A stretch of 64,000 nt of DNA from Raillietiella orientalis (GCA_036172245.1 JAYWIR010000133.1:1-64000); one strand, 5' to 3'. Positions 23,561-37,285 are shown, numbered from the stretch's first letter. The notes: generated by a model from the sequence alone, not told the origin. Numbers and translations are program-made.

Positions 23561-24529
23561 ACTTCGAGCCACCCTTCCAACGGCTTACTATTCCTTCACT
23601 CTCTCCAGGAGCAATCCTTCTCCTGCAAATTGTTCCAAAATGAATATCCCCATGTTTCTCCCATCTCCCCGTGTCCTCATTGAAGTTGGGAATTTCTTTC
23701 CGGTCGATATCCAAGGAAATATGTGTTTGTGTGGATTTGTGTGTGGTCACCGAGGCATGGCCGTCCCTGTTGGTCGCAAATCCCCATTTTTGTCTGTTTT
23801 TTTTTATAGGGGATCGAAAGTCCCGAAGGTTATTCCAACCTGTGGACAGCAACGCGATTTTTGGGTTTTCTATAGGTTGTGAATGTTGGTTTGGAAGAAT
23901 TGCATTTTGTTCAAGAGTTAAGTCTGCAACTCTGTTCTGAAGCTCGTGTCGTCCCCGAGTGACCGTCGTTGTAGGCCAAAAAGGTGGTAATGGCAATTTT
24001 TATGCACAAAAATAATTTAAATGCAATCCCTCAATGTAAAAAAATGGAAAAGAAAAAAAAGAGAAAACAAAAAAAAGAAACGCAAAAAAAAAAGAAAGCA
24101 AAAGAAAAAAAGGGAAAGATAAAACGTAAAATAGATTCGAAAATAAAAAGTAGGAAATATAGATCCTCATATTTTATTGAATACTTTGTTTCCTGGGGAA
24201 TGAACCCCGAATTTTGGACCACCATTTGCTTCCATTGGATGGCGCAGTGCTTTCGCTTCCACGGCACTCGCAATTGGAGTGCGGAGAGACGAAACCGACC
24301 ACCGGACATCGCAGATCTTCCCGCTTCCCTCTAGTAGAGAATGGCTCCTCTCTTTCTGCTGGCCCGAACCCTTTTTTGAAAACTATTCGCTCTTCTTCTT
24401 GGCATCCCACAACGATCCATCCTCCCCGTTCACTGGCAACGATTTTCGGATGGAAATCCATAGGGTTCCTGTAGCTTGAATTTTCCCATGAAGAGTCGCC
24501 TCAGTTCACCAACTGACTTTCACATGTAC

Positions 24530-27230
24530 ATCGCGACGATTCTCTTCCTCTATGCAGCAAGTCAGCCCGGGAGCCACCCTAACCCCCGACGATTCTCCTG
24601 GGCGTTGCACCGCCACACTCATTTCTCCCCTCACCCTCCCAGCGAGTTGCACTTGGCGGTGTCCCAAGTGATCTGGTTACTAACGTTCGTAAGATCGAAT
24701 GCCCAGCAGTGAAGTCGACAGTTTGTGAATGCGATGCGCGATCCCTGGTGTTCCATCGCCACATTTCAGATCCAGAATTTCTCCCCCCTTCAAGTTGGGG
24801 CTGTGAAAGCAGCACAGCCCTCTTCCTGTGTCTCGTAGAGCTCACAGCTCGTTACCGCCGAGAGGGCCTGTTGCTCTATGGAGAAATTTTGTTCCCTACT
24901 TCTTGCTCCCGAAAACGTGGAGACTTCTTCACCTTGCATGGACCCACCTTCCGTTTCCCCCATTCCACTGTTCGTTCTCCAAAGCGTGGATGTGCAAGCG
25001 ATCTGGAGCGTGTGGATGTAGTTCCTGTCGGTCGAGTTACCACGGCGATTCCGCCCGTCGTCAGTGGGCTGGCTTGACCTGCGGTCTCTCCGCGTGCGAT
25101 GCTTCTCTTTATGTTGTCACACGTTTCCCTTGAGGACTTCGTTCTGCAGGCGAACGAAATTTGATTGCAATATTGTCACGATGATCTTCTCCAACGCACC
25201 ACCATCAGCCCGGGAGCCACCCTACCCCCCGAGGAAGCTCCTGGGCGTTGCACCGTCACACTCATTTCTCCCCTCTCCCTCTTACCGAGTTGCACTTGGC
25301 GGTGTCCCAAGTGATCTGGTTACTAACGTTAGTACGATCGAATGCCCAGCAGTGAAATCGACAGTTCGTGAATGCGATGCGCGATCCCTGGTGTTCCATT
25401 GCCACATTTCAGATCCAGAATGTGTCTAGCCTTCGAGTTTGGGCTGTGAAAGCAGCACAGCCCTCTTCCTGTGTCTCGTAGAGCTCACAGCTCGTTACCG
25501 CCGAGCGGGCCTGTTGCTCTATGGAGAAATTTTGTTCCCTACTTCTTCCTCCCGAAAACGTGGAGACTTCTTCACCTTGCATGGATCCAATTTCCGTTTC
25601 CCCCATTCCACTGTTCGTTCTCCAAAGCGTGGATGTGCAAGCGATCTGGAGCGTGTGGATGTAGTTCCTGTCGGTCGAGTTACCACGGCGATTCCGCCCG
25701 TCGTCAGTGGGCTGGCTTGACCTGCGGTCTCTCCGCGTGCGATGCTTCGCTTTGTGTTTCCCTTGAGGACTTCGTTCTGCAGGCCAACGAAATTTGATTG
25801 GAACACCGTGACGATTCTCTTCTCCAACGCACCACCATCAGCCCGTGAGCCACCCTACCCTCCGAGGAAGCTCCTGGGCGTTGCACCGTCACACTCATTT
25901 CTCCCCTCTCCCTCTTACCGAGTTGCACTTGGCGGTGTCCCAAGTGATCTGGTAACTAACGTTAGTACGATCGAATGCCCAGCAGTGAAATCGACAGTTC
26001 GTGAATGCGATGCGCGATCCCTGGTGTTCCATCGCCACATTTCAGATCCAGAAGGTCTCTCCCCTTCGAGTTGGGGATGTTAAAGCATCAGAGCCCTCTT
26101 CCTGTGTCTCGTAGAGCTCACAGCTCGTTACCGCCGAGCGGGCCTGTTGCTCTATGGAGAAATTTTGTTCCCTTCTTCTTGCTCCCGAAAACGTGGAGAC
26201 TTCTTCACCTTGCATGGACCCACTTTCCGTTTCCCCCATTCCACTGTTCGTTTCCTGAAGCGTGGATGTGCAAGCGATCTGGAGCGTGTGGATGTAGTTC
26301 CTGTCGGTCGAGTTTCCCCGGCGATTCCGCCCGTCGTCAGTGGGCTGGCTTGGCCTGCGGTCTCTCCGCGTGCGATGGTTCGCTTTGTGGTGTCACACGT
26401 TTCCCTTGAAGATTTGCTTCTGGAGTCCAACGAAATTTGATTGCAGTATCGTCACGATTCTCTTCTCCAACGCACCACTATCAGCCCGGGAGCCACCCTA
26501 CCCCCCGAGGAAGCTCCTGGGAGTTGCACCGTCACACTCATTTCTCCCCTCTCCCTCCCACCGAGTTGCAGTTGCCGGCGTGCCAAGTGATCTGGTTACT
26601 AACTTTAGTACGATCGAATACCCAGCAGTGAACTCGACAGTTTGTGAATGCGATGCGCGATCCCTGGTGTTCCATCGCCACATTTCAGATCCAGAATGTC
26701 TCTCCGCTTCGAGTTGGGGCTGTGAAAGCAGCACAGTCCTCTTCCTGTGTCTCGTAGAGCTCAGAGCTCGTTACCGCCGAGCGGGCCTGTTGCTCTATGG
26801 AGAAATTTTGTTCCCTACTTCTTGCTCCCGAAAACGTGGAGACTTCTTCACCTTGCATGGGCCCACCTTCCGTTTCCCCCATTCCACTGTTCGTTCTCTA
26901 AAGCGTGGATGTGCAAGCGATCTGGAGCGTGTGGATGTAGTTCCTGTCGGTCGAGTTACCCTGGCGATTCCGCCCGTCATTAGTGGGCTGGCTTGGCCTG
27001 CGGTCTCTCCGCGTGCGATGCTTCGCTTTGTGGTGTCACACGTTTCCCTTGAGGATTTGCTTCTGCAGGCCAACGAAATTTGATTGCAATTCTGTCACGA
27101 TTCTATTCTGCAACGCACCACTATCAGTCCGGGAGCCACTTAACCCCCCGAGGATGCTCCTGGGCATGGGAACGTGACGCTGATTCCTCCTCTTTTCCAT
27201 CTCACGAGTTGCACTTGGGTTTGTGCCAAG
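24530..27230. repeat. Tandem array, ~643 bp unit, ~4.1 copies
   Basis: cccgggagccac recurs at 24566, 25209, 25842, 26485 and 27128 (periods 643, 633, 643, 643). Confidence 0.95.
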
Positions 27231-27469
27231 TGGTTTGGTTTCTCGCGTCAGTACACTCTACTCCCTGGAACTGAAATCCGTTCCTTCTGGATGCCTGACA
27301 TTGAAATGGTTGTACCGCTACGGGCAATTGTTCCCTTTGGTGGAGGTGCTCTAAGGATATTTCCCATGGTGTGCTCAGGTCGACGGGTGTCCGCTCTCCA
27401 GAGGCCATCAGTCTGGTCGACCACCTTCTCTTTTAAGGAATGGCGATCGTTGTGGGTGCCTGTCTTCCT

Positions 27470-28130
27470 TTTTTGATGCTTTTTAATGCTTTGCGGCTTT
27501 TGTTTTCTTCTCTTTTGAATTGAACTTTTTGTTTTGACTTGTGGTTTTTTTGTTCTGCAGTGATGTCTGCTGTGTGCCTTTGTTCTAGGGGTTTACCTGG
27601 GTTTGTCCTGGCTGATTGGGTTTTCGATGTTCTTTTGTGTGTCAATGCACAGCTTGTATGGTGTTTTATTTTTTTTTTTGTTTTGACCACCTGAGTGGAT
27701 TGCGGGTTCGATGATATGCCCATGGTGGGTGTGGATTTGGATTTGCTCTCTTTTGGTTCTCCTGTGTGGTGATTTTTACTTGCACTGTTTGCCAAATTAT
27801 TTGTGATTTTTTGGTTTTCTCCCCTCAGCAGCCTGGTTGTTTTGCTGGCTGGCTGCGAGATTTTTGCAAGGAGTGTTTGTGATGTGATGGCCAAGGCGCT
27901 TTTTGTTTTTTTCTTTGGTGCACGGTTGGCAGAGTGCCAACCGATGTGACCTTTTGTTTGTGGTATTGTCGGTGTATCTTGTTGACACCTTGGTTGTTGG
28001 TTCTGCTCATTGTTTTTTGTTGTTGGTCATTCCTGGTCCCTCCCGGGATTTTCCTTTGGCCTTCACCCCCCTCCCCGTCCCACTTATTTTTTTTTTGATC
28101 TACCAACATTGGAAGTATTTTTTTCCTGTG
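27470..28130. repeat. T/G-rich, strand-biased low-complexity tract
   Basis: Dense tttg/tggtt runs with very few A on the plus strand. Confidence 0.6.
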
Positions 28131-28259
28131 GATCACTCCTGGAGAAGAGCTTTCGGACACATGGAGCATCGGATTGGAAGGACTTGAAGCAGAACTTTCC
28201 TGGAAGTTGGAGTGGTGAGTTGTTTCTCATGTTTGTCGCATTGGTGGGTTGTTGATGAG

Positions 28260-31200
28260 GGATAAGATTGTCACCAATTGCAATGATACAAATTTTGTAA
28301 TCAAGTTTCGCTTGGTTATGAGGTACTTCTAGACGAATAGCCCCTGTAGATGTTTATTTTCTTGAGATGTTAGGTGAGTTGATTTTCTTGTGAGTACCTG
28401 TAAATATGGTTTTGTGATGGAAAACAAAAATGTATGTTTTAGTGTAAATTGGCAGTATTTTGAAAGAATCGTAATCATCTGAAATGTACTTACGTCATTT
28501 TGTTGCATAACTTAGTTTTGTTGATAATTTTCTTTGTACGAACCGTGGGCAAAGAATTGGTCAAAGTTACTTTTAGTTTCTGTTGCTCTCAATAAAGCAG
28601 GAGTAGAGGTATTGAATTGATTTCTAGAAGAAGTGTGAATAGAGATGATGCTGAGTTTGTATTGGGAATTGACTTTGTTTGCATTTTCTTGAAAGGCAAA
28701 CAGGAATCAACATTGAATGTACACTCACATAAGCACTGTTGGCATAGCAAGCAACTGCTCCATCTGATGGGTTGACTTTATGATGCAGATCAAACATTTC
28801 TTTGCAATGTCAATTACCAATGAAATCTTGATTATCTTATTTAGCTGTATCTCATTTTCATTAGTGTTCCAATGGGTGTTCGCAATTGTTCACAATTCCT
28901 AATGTTTAAACCAATTGCTGTTTGAAGAAGAACTTTGGAAGCAGAGTTAGTAGGAGTTACTTTCTTGTATTTTAACTGGATAGATGCATAATGATCTTTC
29001 ATGAGATTCATTTGGTAATGAAGTGTATTCTCAGAACTTTCAGTTATTAAACTGAAGCTGAGAAACTGTTACACAGTTTCATGGTGTTTTCTTTGAAATT
29101 TGCTTTCAATTTGTGTTCCACTGTAGGTGTTGCTGTGCATGTATGTTGGAAATCTGTTGTTATTTTCTGTTTGGTGTATGGTTATTTGTTATCTTCTTGT
29201 GTTGGAGTTGCAGAGAGAATGCGAAATTAACATGAAACTCCTAGCAAAGAAAGAGTGAAGAAATAAATGATAGTCGAAAATGGAATGCAGTTTCTAAAAT
29301 TTGTTGGTACTCTCAAGCTAATTTCGGTTGTTGAAGCCATGTGTTTTTTGCATTGGTTTCAGTGGGTCAGGTCTGATAGCACATTCAAAAAGATCAGTTA
29401 ATGTAGCTTTCCCTTTGAATTTCCGTCCGTGAAACGACTATTGTATTTATCATTGAATATTCATTACTCTTATTTATGTGTGGATAATTTTGGTTTCAGA
29501 ATCAAGGAGATATATTATATGGGAAGAATAACGAATTGGGTGGAAGTCCATGCTCACAAGCATTGATTTGTCTCTGTTTCCTTTTTTCACAGTTCCAATA
29601 GCACAGAAAACCAAACGCTCTCCTGAAAGGGCAACTAACTGCCAGTCAGAGCTGACCCAGATTGCAGAGGTCACAGGAAATCATACTAGACACAGTGCTC
29701 AGTTACATTGAACAAGTCACTTAAGCAGATGCTACTGCAGATGGCTAAATGAATCCTGAAGAATTTGAGGAGATTTCCAACACCAATGTCAAGGTGAGGA
29801 AACTAACTATCAATGGTTTTCATCTTATTTTGATCAGGATTTGCTGATGGTAATTTATGCAGCTCGGGTGTGTAGCACTCCAGTGTTGGTCAATGAAAAG
29901 CTGTGTTCACTGAATGCTGGAACATGAATAAATTCTTTCGAACAATCTTGGTGTACGAAGTTTTTTATTCATGAGTAAGATACAACTCAAATGGGTAGCA
30001 TTTTCATTTTTAATGTGGATCAAACGCTACGTATGCATGATGAAACATACAAAGAAAAAGTGTTTTGGCAAGAATTGAAGTGTGCCAGCTTCTTAGGAAA
30101 CTTTAGAAAACAGCATGGTGTCTTGTCACTGGGACTGGAAACATCAGCATGCTTGGTGCTGACAATCTCCTCGTCGAAAGGCTCCCTAATAGTTGACTAC
30201 ATGGTGTTGCAGGAGTACTGCTGTTGAGATGAGAAACTGACTTGCTGCAGTCCTATATTGATGACAACCTTCATTTTTTCGTGTTTCCTTGGTCATCCAC
30301 GTGTCTTGTGAAAGCACAAAACAGTTCAGGCGTGTGTATCCAATTTGTGCTGTGCACGAGTGGAATGTGTCCTTTTTTGCGTGTTGCCAAAAGGAAGAAT
30401 GAACTGGATGGTGTGGATGACAGGGGCATGTTGAAACAGTTCTACCTCAAAGTCAGAAGGTGCAACAGAACATTGCTTCATGAACAAGGCGCATCCTCAC
30501 CGGCATCTTGTTTAGAAAGACGGAATGGAAAATTGGTTTCTAGATTCTCATGGACAAGGAAGTGAAGAATTCGGCAGCATGGTTTTGGTGGAACGCATAA
30601 ATGCTTAGCGCTTTAGCGTGGGAAATGCCTTTGTTCGGTGGCATTGGTTCCAATAGGTGTTCAGTGGAATAAGGGATGACGCAGCGGTGGGTTGTGATTT
30701 TCTCGTAGTTGGGGTCCTTGTTGAGGAAGATGATGAAGCGAGGTGGACCGTATAATTTAAGGTGACGTTGACATTTTCATGGAGCCCAGCGTTCCGATTT
30801 TCCGGCTTTGCATAATTCCGTAGTTGCTGTGGTCATGTGAGGTCCAGCACAATGATTTTGTCTCCCTTCCCCATGTGGTTGGCGCCGCTCTATTTGCGAT
30901 TGGTTACGTGCGGTGCGTAGCATATGATATGTTTAGCTTCTGTGGTGTTTCCCCAGTTACCTTGGTAGTCGGTGTACCAATGTGTATCTCGGTGGTCGGG
31001 TTTTCTTCGCATGAGGTCTGTAGCGTTCTTCGCCGTCGTTGTTAGCTTTTGAGGCTCATTGGATTGCTTTGGAGTAGGATTGTCCGAGTCTGTTGCTTTC
31101 AGAGTTGAAGCCATTCTGTTTATCGAACGGTGGTGGTTCGTTTTCGCAAAACCCTTTTTCTGTTTTTTCCCTCTTTTCTGTATGCGAAGATCTGAAATGA

Positions 31201-31621
31201 ATTGTGTACCTTTGTGTTTGTAATCGATGTACTTGATCTTGTATAGTGGGAGGATTTTCGTACGTCGGTGGGCTCCTTTCTCATGGTTGTTGGACTTTTT
31301 GCGTTGAGCACTGCGTCTGGAGGTTTGCACGGGAGCTAGTGACAAATGTTGGATTGGTTTTAGGAGACGTATCGTGGAGGGTATTGCTGTTTGGAAGCAT
31401 CCCTGGAGGTGAGCGGTTGGTGTTCAGCTTGCTTCTTTACCGAGGATTGCTTGTTTTGCTTTTGGAAGTGACCTCTCCAGTGTTTCCTCCGCGGTTGTCC
31501 ATCTGTTTGAGAGGAAGCACCGCTGCGTGCTTTTTGCTTACGTAATGTTGCAACCCTTTGGTGTGTGTGTGTGTGTGTTTTGGTTTCCTACGCTTTTGAA
31601 AGTGTCGAGGTCAGGATCACC
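28260..31621 (+). repeat. Dispersed ~3.4 kb direct repeat, copy 1
   Basis: Collinear with 49695-53120. The ORF track shows near-identical translations (30242 vs 51737, 30824 vs 52322). Both copies end just after a (GT)n tract. Confidence 0.92.
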
Positions 31622-32449
31622 TTGCGTACTTTTGAAGTGGTTTTTGAATAGTCGGTGTAAAATTGGCGGAATGTGAGGGTTAGGTGTTTCGTATTGTATT
31701 TGGTCTCTTCATTTTGGGATGCATCAGGATACAAGAGGTTGCGGTGTGGGGATTCCTGTTGCAACACGTACACGTAAGACACCAAGAAGAAGAATGCAGA
31801 AGTATCCCTCTCACTCCACGCTTGCAGAGGGATGTCGCCGCGACAGCGGATGCCGGAGGAAGCACCGCAGCGAATGCGGAGATTCACTCGTTCGTTAGCC
31901 CACGGCCAAAAGTCTGCAATCCAGAACAAGGCTTTTCTGTGCGTCCCTGAGGCTGCCGCGGTGGGGTCTTGCTGTCGTTTGGTTACGTCCCTTTTCTCCA
32001 GGTCCAGTGATGTGGGCGGGCGATGCATGGTAGATCTCAGCGGAGCAGTAGATGCGGCTATTCCTTCCATTTGAAAGGGAGGGTGCGGTCGTTTAGGTGC
32101 GCTGGAGGCCACTGGAGATGTTTACGGAGAATCTGCCAGCAGCTCAGTACACACAAAAGTTGTTTCGAACGGACACTCCTGTTGGTAGCGTCTGCAAGGT
32201 AGTCCGCGTTCCAACCATGGCTAAATGTTTGGTGGTCTAAATGTTTCCTCCTGGAATGATCTCTCAGAAGACTGAGAGATCCCATTTTGATGCCAGTGTG
32301 CTCCTTCGAGGAGGACAGCACCGCGGCGGGGAAACTTCTTTCTACCCGCACGCTCATTCCGGCTTCCCGAATTCTGAATTCGGCTCCTGTGCATGCTACA
32401 TGGGAATGGGATTTGAGATGGAGAGGATCTGTAAGGTGAATGCGCGCTT

Positions 32450-32893
32450 CACGCTTGCAAATGTGATAGTAGTCAGAAATAATGAGCTTTAGGGTGGCTA
32501 TTATAAGGTTTTCATTCCAAGTTCATCTTCATTTTTAAAGTATTACATGAATGGAATAGAATGAATAATAATTTATGTGAAGTAATGTTTTAATTAGTAA
32601 AATCTCAGGTGAAATTACATTCTAAAGTAAGATTATTATAAGGAATTCCGCAAAAATTTGTTGAAATTGTTTCTTAAAGACATTTTGTTATGAATAATCT
32701 AAGGTATGATGTGCTCGGTGTATCATAAACAGCTGCGGTATATGGACTGTGCGAAGGTAGCTTAATAATTAGCTTTCCAATTGGTAGCCTGAATGAAGGA
32801 TTGTATTAAGCAAGGCTGTCTTGTTTCGTGTATTTGAATTCAATGTTATAGTGAGAAATCTCTAATGAATTTAAGGGAGGAGAAGTCCCTTTG
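32450..32893 (+). pseudogene. rrnL: Mitochondrial large-subunit rRNA fragment (NUMT)
   Basis: taaggaattccgcaaa, gctgcggtat..actgtgcgaaggtagc.taat and gagaagtccct match conserved mitochondrial 16S motifs. Confidence 0.8.
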
Positions 32894-32944
32894 GTACTAG
32901 TGTCCTTAGTGGAATTGAAAGAGTGGTTGTGAAATAAGATTTGA

Positions 32945-34275
32945 GCTTTCCCCTATTCCCACAAGGGGAGGGGTGAATTTATTTATCCCTTTTCCAATCA
33001 CGCTACGTCGGCTCATTCACTTACTACTCACACCACAAGTGTCACTGTTCCGTTCGTTTCTGCATTTAAGGAACATTGGTTGATGTCGTTGCCCGGGCGT
33101 CATCCTCATTCCTCTTCAGGATATGGCGGTACGTCCAGGCCGGTGCTGGTCCACACTCCTTGATACCAACGTCCTTTTGGATTAGCCTTATCAGGATTTC
33201 CATCGGAGGAGCGGCTATCCTGGCGTTTTTCATCTTCCACCACCTCACGAGTCTGGCGGTGATAAAAAGGGCAATGGTCGTCCTTACAATGGGTTTGTAA
33301 CAGGGAGCATTTCCATTTCCCTGGAACATCCCGGCAAGTATTTGCATCACTGAACTGGTCGTAAGTCCTATGATCCTTTTCAAGATCAGCCGATCGCGAA
33401 GTAAGGTGGGACAGGTTAAGACATGTAGTCTCGTGTCGATGTCTCCACATGGCTTGCAGTTTTCGTTTTCGCGTCTTCCCGTAATGTACTTCATTCTGTA
33501 CCCAGTCGGGATTCCTCCGTAGTAGAACATTAGGAGGTTTTCCTGGGTGTCCGGCGGTAGGTCACTCCTCCAGAGTGTGGTGCCGATCGCCAGCAAGTTC
33601 ATTCTATTGCTCCCGTAACCATCGGCGGCTTCTTGGATAGCACCGGTGTCCTGGTCTTCTTCTTTAACTTAGACTTCTGAGGTTCTGCTTGCTATTCCCG
33701 GACCAAGCAAAGTCATTGCGGTTTTTCCACACTCCACGTGTCCTTTGGGTGAATCTATCCACCATCATCTTTATATATCGCAGTATACGGGTGTGGTGTG
33801 GGAACCCTCCTCTGTTCCATTCCTGGATTCGTTGTATGGGAACTCTGGGACGCTGGTATATCCAGCTCCTCGTGTGCGAGGGCACCTGCAGCATCCAAGG
33901 GATTAGATTCCAATGAGGTTTTAATAGAATGTGATCTGGGACAGATAGTGAAGAAGTGATCTTCATGGTTTCGTAGTTTCGTGTGAAATAAGAATCATCT
34001 CGAAATGAAGGAAACTTTGCCTAAGGGACAGCAGCGTAATTTTCACGGAGTGTTCCACTTGGTATGAAATTTTGCGACCTCGATGTGGAATTGGGTATCT
34101 TCAAGATGAATAAGGTTTGCAGTAACAGTCTGTTCGACTGCAAATCCTACGTGATTTGGGTTTCGATCGGTGTCAGGCAGATTGGTTGCTTTCTTCCAAT
34201 TCTCACGTAGCTTCTGAGTACGAAAGGATTGGAAATTCGGAGTACTTTTTGAATAAGGAAGAATTATGATATCCA
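32945..34275 (-). mobile_element. 5'-truncated non-LTR element of a different L1/Tx1-like family, inserted in the NUMT
   Basis: ORF 33066-33602 carries CKPCGDIDTRLHVLTC. The minus strand ends in AATAAA followed by a cccct/agggg hairpin. Confidence 0.7.
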
Positions 34276-34469
34276 TGAGTGAGTTTTGTAATGTTTTACA
34301 TAGTACGATGATTGTTTTCTATGTGATTTGTTTGAGAGTTTGTATTTATGGAATGGATTTATTGAAAGTGGAGTTGAATACTATTTTATTCGAATAGTAA
34401 AGTTTCTTAGAAGGGAGTGATTAGAAATTGGAAGTTCTTTATTTAAGAAGTTAAGTGTGTTGATAGCTA

Positions 34470-35260
34470 TTCGGGGAAGATGAAGAGTGCGGATGGTGTT
34501 GTTAGTCAGTGTATCATTTGTGACTTTAATGGAGGGTCTTATTTCAGGGGGGGTACAGTGAGGCGAAAGGCCCGGTGAGGTGTTGATAGATGGAAAGAAA
34601 ATTGGTTATAAGGTGGGTGTTTTGATTATGGTGGCAGAAATGGTGCAGATCGGAAGAGTTGATGCCAGAGGTTGAGGGTTGATGGGAGGGGTAATGTTGT
34701 GCGTTATTTAACTGGGAGAATATACGGGGTATGAATAGGTGGTTGAGCTAGTAATAGTAAATATAGATATGTCGAGTGGTAGGTCGAGTAGCTCAAATGA
34801 TTTCTTGTGAAGTATGTATAATTGTTGTATTAACGAGTGCGGTGGTACATATGAAAGGATACGAATGATACTTGGAAGTGAGAAGAAGGCTAACGTTTTG
34901 TAGGTTACGCGGATTCGTTGTATGAGTAATTGTTTTTTTTTCGTGGAGGTTAATCGTTTGCCATATGACTTTCTGGAAAGTGAGTCTGAATTAGTATCTG
35001 GCTATAATGTACAGTATGGTGGGAGGCTATTTGTTTTCTTGTTTTTGTCAGAATATGGATTTCTTATTTATTGAAGATTGGTTCCGCGATGAATGTATAT
35101 AGGGGGTTATATAGTGGGACTTTAGAGTTTGCTTGTAATGTATGTGATTCTATGATTACGAGGGGTGATGCCTCGTTCTCGTTATGATAAGTTAACATAT
35201 ATATGTGTTGAAGTATTTTGCTGTATTGTGTGTTTGATTTTCCATTATGAGGAGGGAGCG
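34470..35260 (+). pseudogene. nad1: NADH dehydrogenase subunit 1 (NUMT)
   Basis: FVEVNRLPYDFLESESELVSGYNVQY near 34940 and LRGVMPRSRYDKL near 35156. Confidence 0.9.
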
Positions 35261-35429
35261 TAGTGATGATGAGAATTCGTAGTTAGTATGACGGGATAGC
35301 AAGAATGAGTTTATGAGAATATGAATTGTGGGTATTGAAGGATTCTTTCTTGATGGTATATTTGAGGTTGCCTTTAATTTCCTTTCGATTTACAAAACCA
35401 GTGTTTGAATGAAAGTAAGAAGGCTGGAT

Positions 35430-36500
35430 TTAAAGAGGGAACGTAATGAAGAATGAAAAATAAAGGAGTGATGTAATTTGTGGGAGAGGTGGTACTGATG
35501 AGGTGATGGTTTGAGTTCCTAATCACGTAAGAATTAAGAATGATGATAGTAGAAGTGAGAGGAGAATTTTTTTTCTGGGGTTGTAAAGGGAAGATGGTGG
35601 CGTTGGAAGTTTGTATATTGGTAGAGTGGTAAGAATGAGGATTCTGGAGATTAGGGCAATTACTCCTCCTAATTTGTTATGGATGGATCGTAGGATGGTA
35701 TAAGCGAATCGGAAGTCTCATTCGGGTTGAATGTGCGAGGGAGTTGTCAGGCGGTTGGAAAGTATCGAATTTTCTTCAGATATGAATATGTATGGGAAAA
35801 AAGTGGATGTAAGTAGGAGGAATGTGGTGAGTGGTAGAAGGCTTGTTAAATCTTTAATGATGGAGAATGGACGGAAGGGTAGCAGATCTAGGTTTCCTCT
35901 GCTTCCTAGAAGGTTTGAGGAGAAGTTTCTGTGGGGGAAAAATAGGTGTGATAGAGAGACGATCACTCTAATGAAAGGCAGGATGGAGTGTAGGGAAAAG
36001 AAGCGATTGAGAGTAGGGTTGGATACGAAGAAATTTCCTCGTAAAACTAAAATTATGCGTTGTCTAATGAGGGGGATGGCGGAAAATAGGTTAGTGACAA
36101 CTGTAGCGGTTCAAAGAGATCTTTGTCCTTAAGGGAGAACATAACCTGGCAATGATGTTATTGTTAGTAAAATCAGAAGTAATCCTGATAATCAGGTTAT
36201 AGTGTTTCTGTAGGAAAAGAAGTATAATGCGGGGAAAGTGTGCAGGTAGATTGCTATGAAAAAAAAGGAGGCGGCGTTGGCGTGGATGTGTGGTATGAAT
36301 CATCCGTTCTTGGTGTTGTGCATTCTGTTGACGATTGAGGAAAAGGCTTCTGAGGCATGGGGGGTGCATTGCATGGAGATGATAATGCCTGTAAGTAGTT
36401 GGCTGATTGGAAAGATTCCTATCATGTTTCAAGAGTAAGAAATGTTTGATGGTACGGGTATGTTAATTGCGTGACTAATGTTTTTGTTTAGGTTTGTCAT
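35430..36500 (-). pseudogene. cob: Cytochrome b (NUMT)
   Basis: HIQPEW..FAYTILRSIHNKLGGVIAL at ~35735-35655 and PSNISYSWNM near 36450. Confidence 0.9.
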
Positions 36501-36990
36501 TAAAGAAGAAAGCGAAGCGGTGTTTTGTTTTGTAAAATTCTGTATGGGATAATGATTGATGTTAGTATTAGGAAGGATATGAGGAATCAGGTTATTGGAA
36601 TGTTGGGCAAAGATAGTATGATTTCTGATGAGTAGGATGAAGAGTGGAAGGTGGGTTGAGGTGAATTAGGCAAGAGCAGTAATAGGGGGTTAAGATAAAT
36701 GGGGTTCATTGAATGAGAATAATTCGTTATATGTTAAAGTTTTTATGTAAGAGATGATGATTAGGCTTCCTGCGACGTAAACGAGGAATCTGATGATGGC
36801 ATATCATGACGTTATGGAGAGGAGGTTGATGGTGATGGCAATAGCTAGTGAAGTTATGGCTAGGAAGAGGGCTATGATTATTGGGTTAGTATATGAGCAG
36901 TAAAGGAGAGATGCAGCTGTAATTATGTGTATGCAAGGGGTGTGGTGCACGATTGAATCTGGAGATTCGTTTGGAGATGTGTCCAGGACT
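36500..36990 (-). pseudogene. nad6: NADH dehydrogenase subunit 6 (NUMT)
   Basis: Hydrophobic reading frame immediately upstream of cob. Assigned mainly by position and size. Confidence 0.55.
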
Positions 36991-37005
36991 AAGGTACTAG
37001 TAGAG

Positions 37006-37285
37006 ATGGGTATAGTTATTGTATTTTGATTAGGTTTATAGAGATTTTTTATGAATAAGCGGCATATTTGAAGGGGGTTGTTAAAGCTGGAAATGATAAT
37101 GTTGTGTCGTTGAGGTAATTTTTTTTCTTTTTTTTTTTTTATGGTGGAAATGGGTGTAAGTTGTAGTGGGTATAAAATGAGATTCATGATGGTATCGAGT
37201 ATTTGTGAGAGAGCTATGGGATGATGTTGAAATGTTTACGATGAAAGATTCTTATGTTGCTGTAATGTGTGTGGTTGTGTGTAGG
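37006..37285 (+). pseudogene. nad4L: NADH dehydrogenase subunit 4L (NUMT)
   Basis: NKRHIWSGLLKLEMMML and SICESAMG (mitochondrial code) resemble the conserved nad4L motifs. Confidence 0.7.

Noticed and set aside
22055..27230. Tandem arrays as CRISPR arrays
   Set aside because: Units are 420-640 bp with no short repeat plus unique spacer structure, there are no cas genes, and the context is eukaryotic.
34275..34470. Possible nad2 N-terminal fragment (VELNTILF)
   Set aside because: The match is one short motif in low-complexity sequence, and the strand would be unexpected. It is too weak to call.
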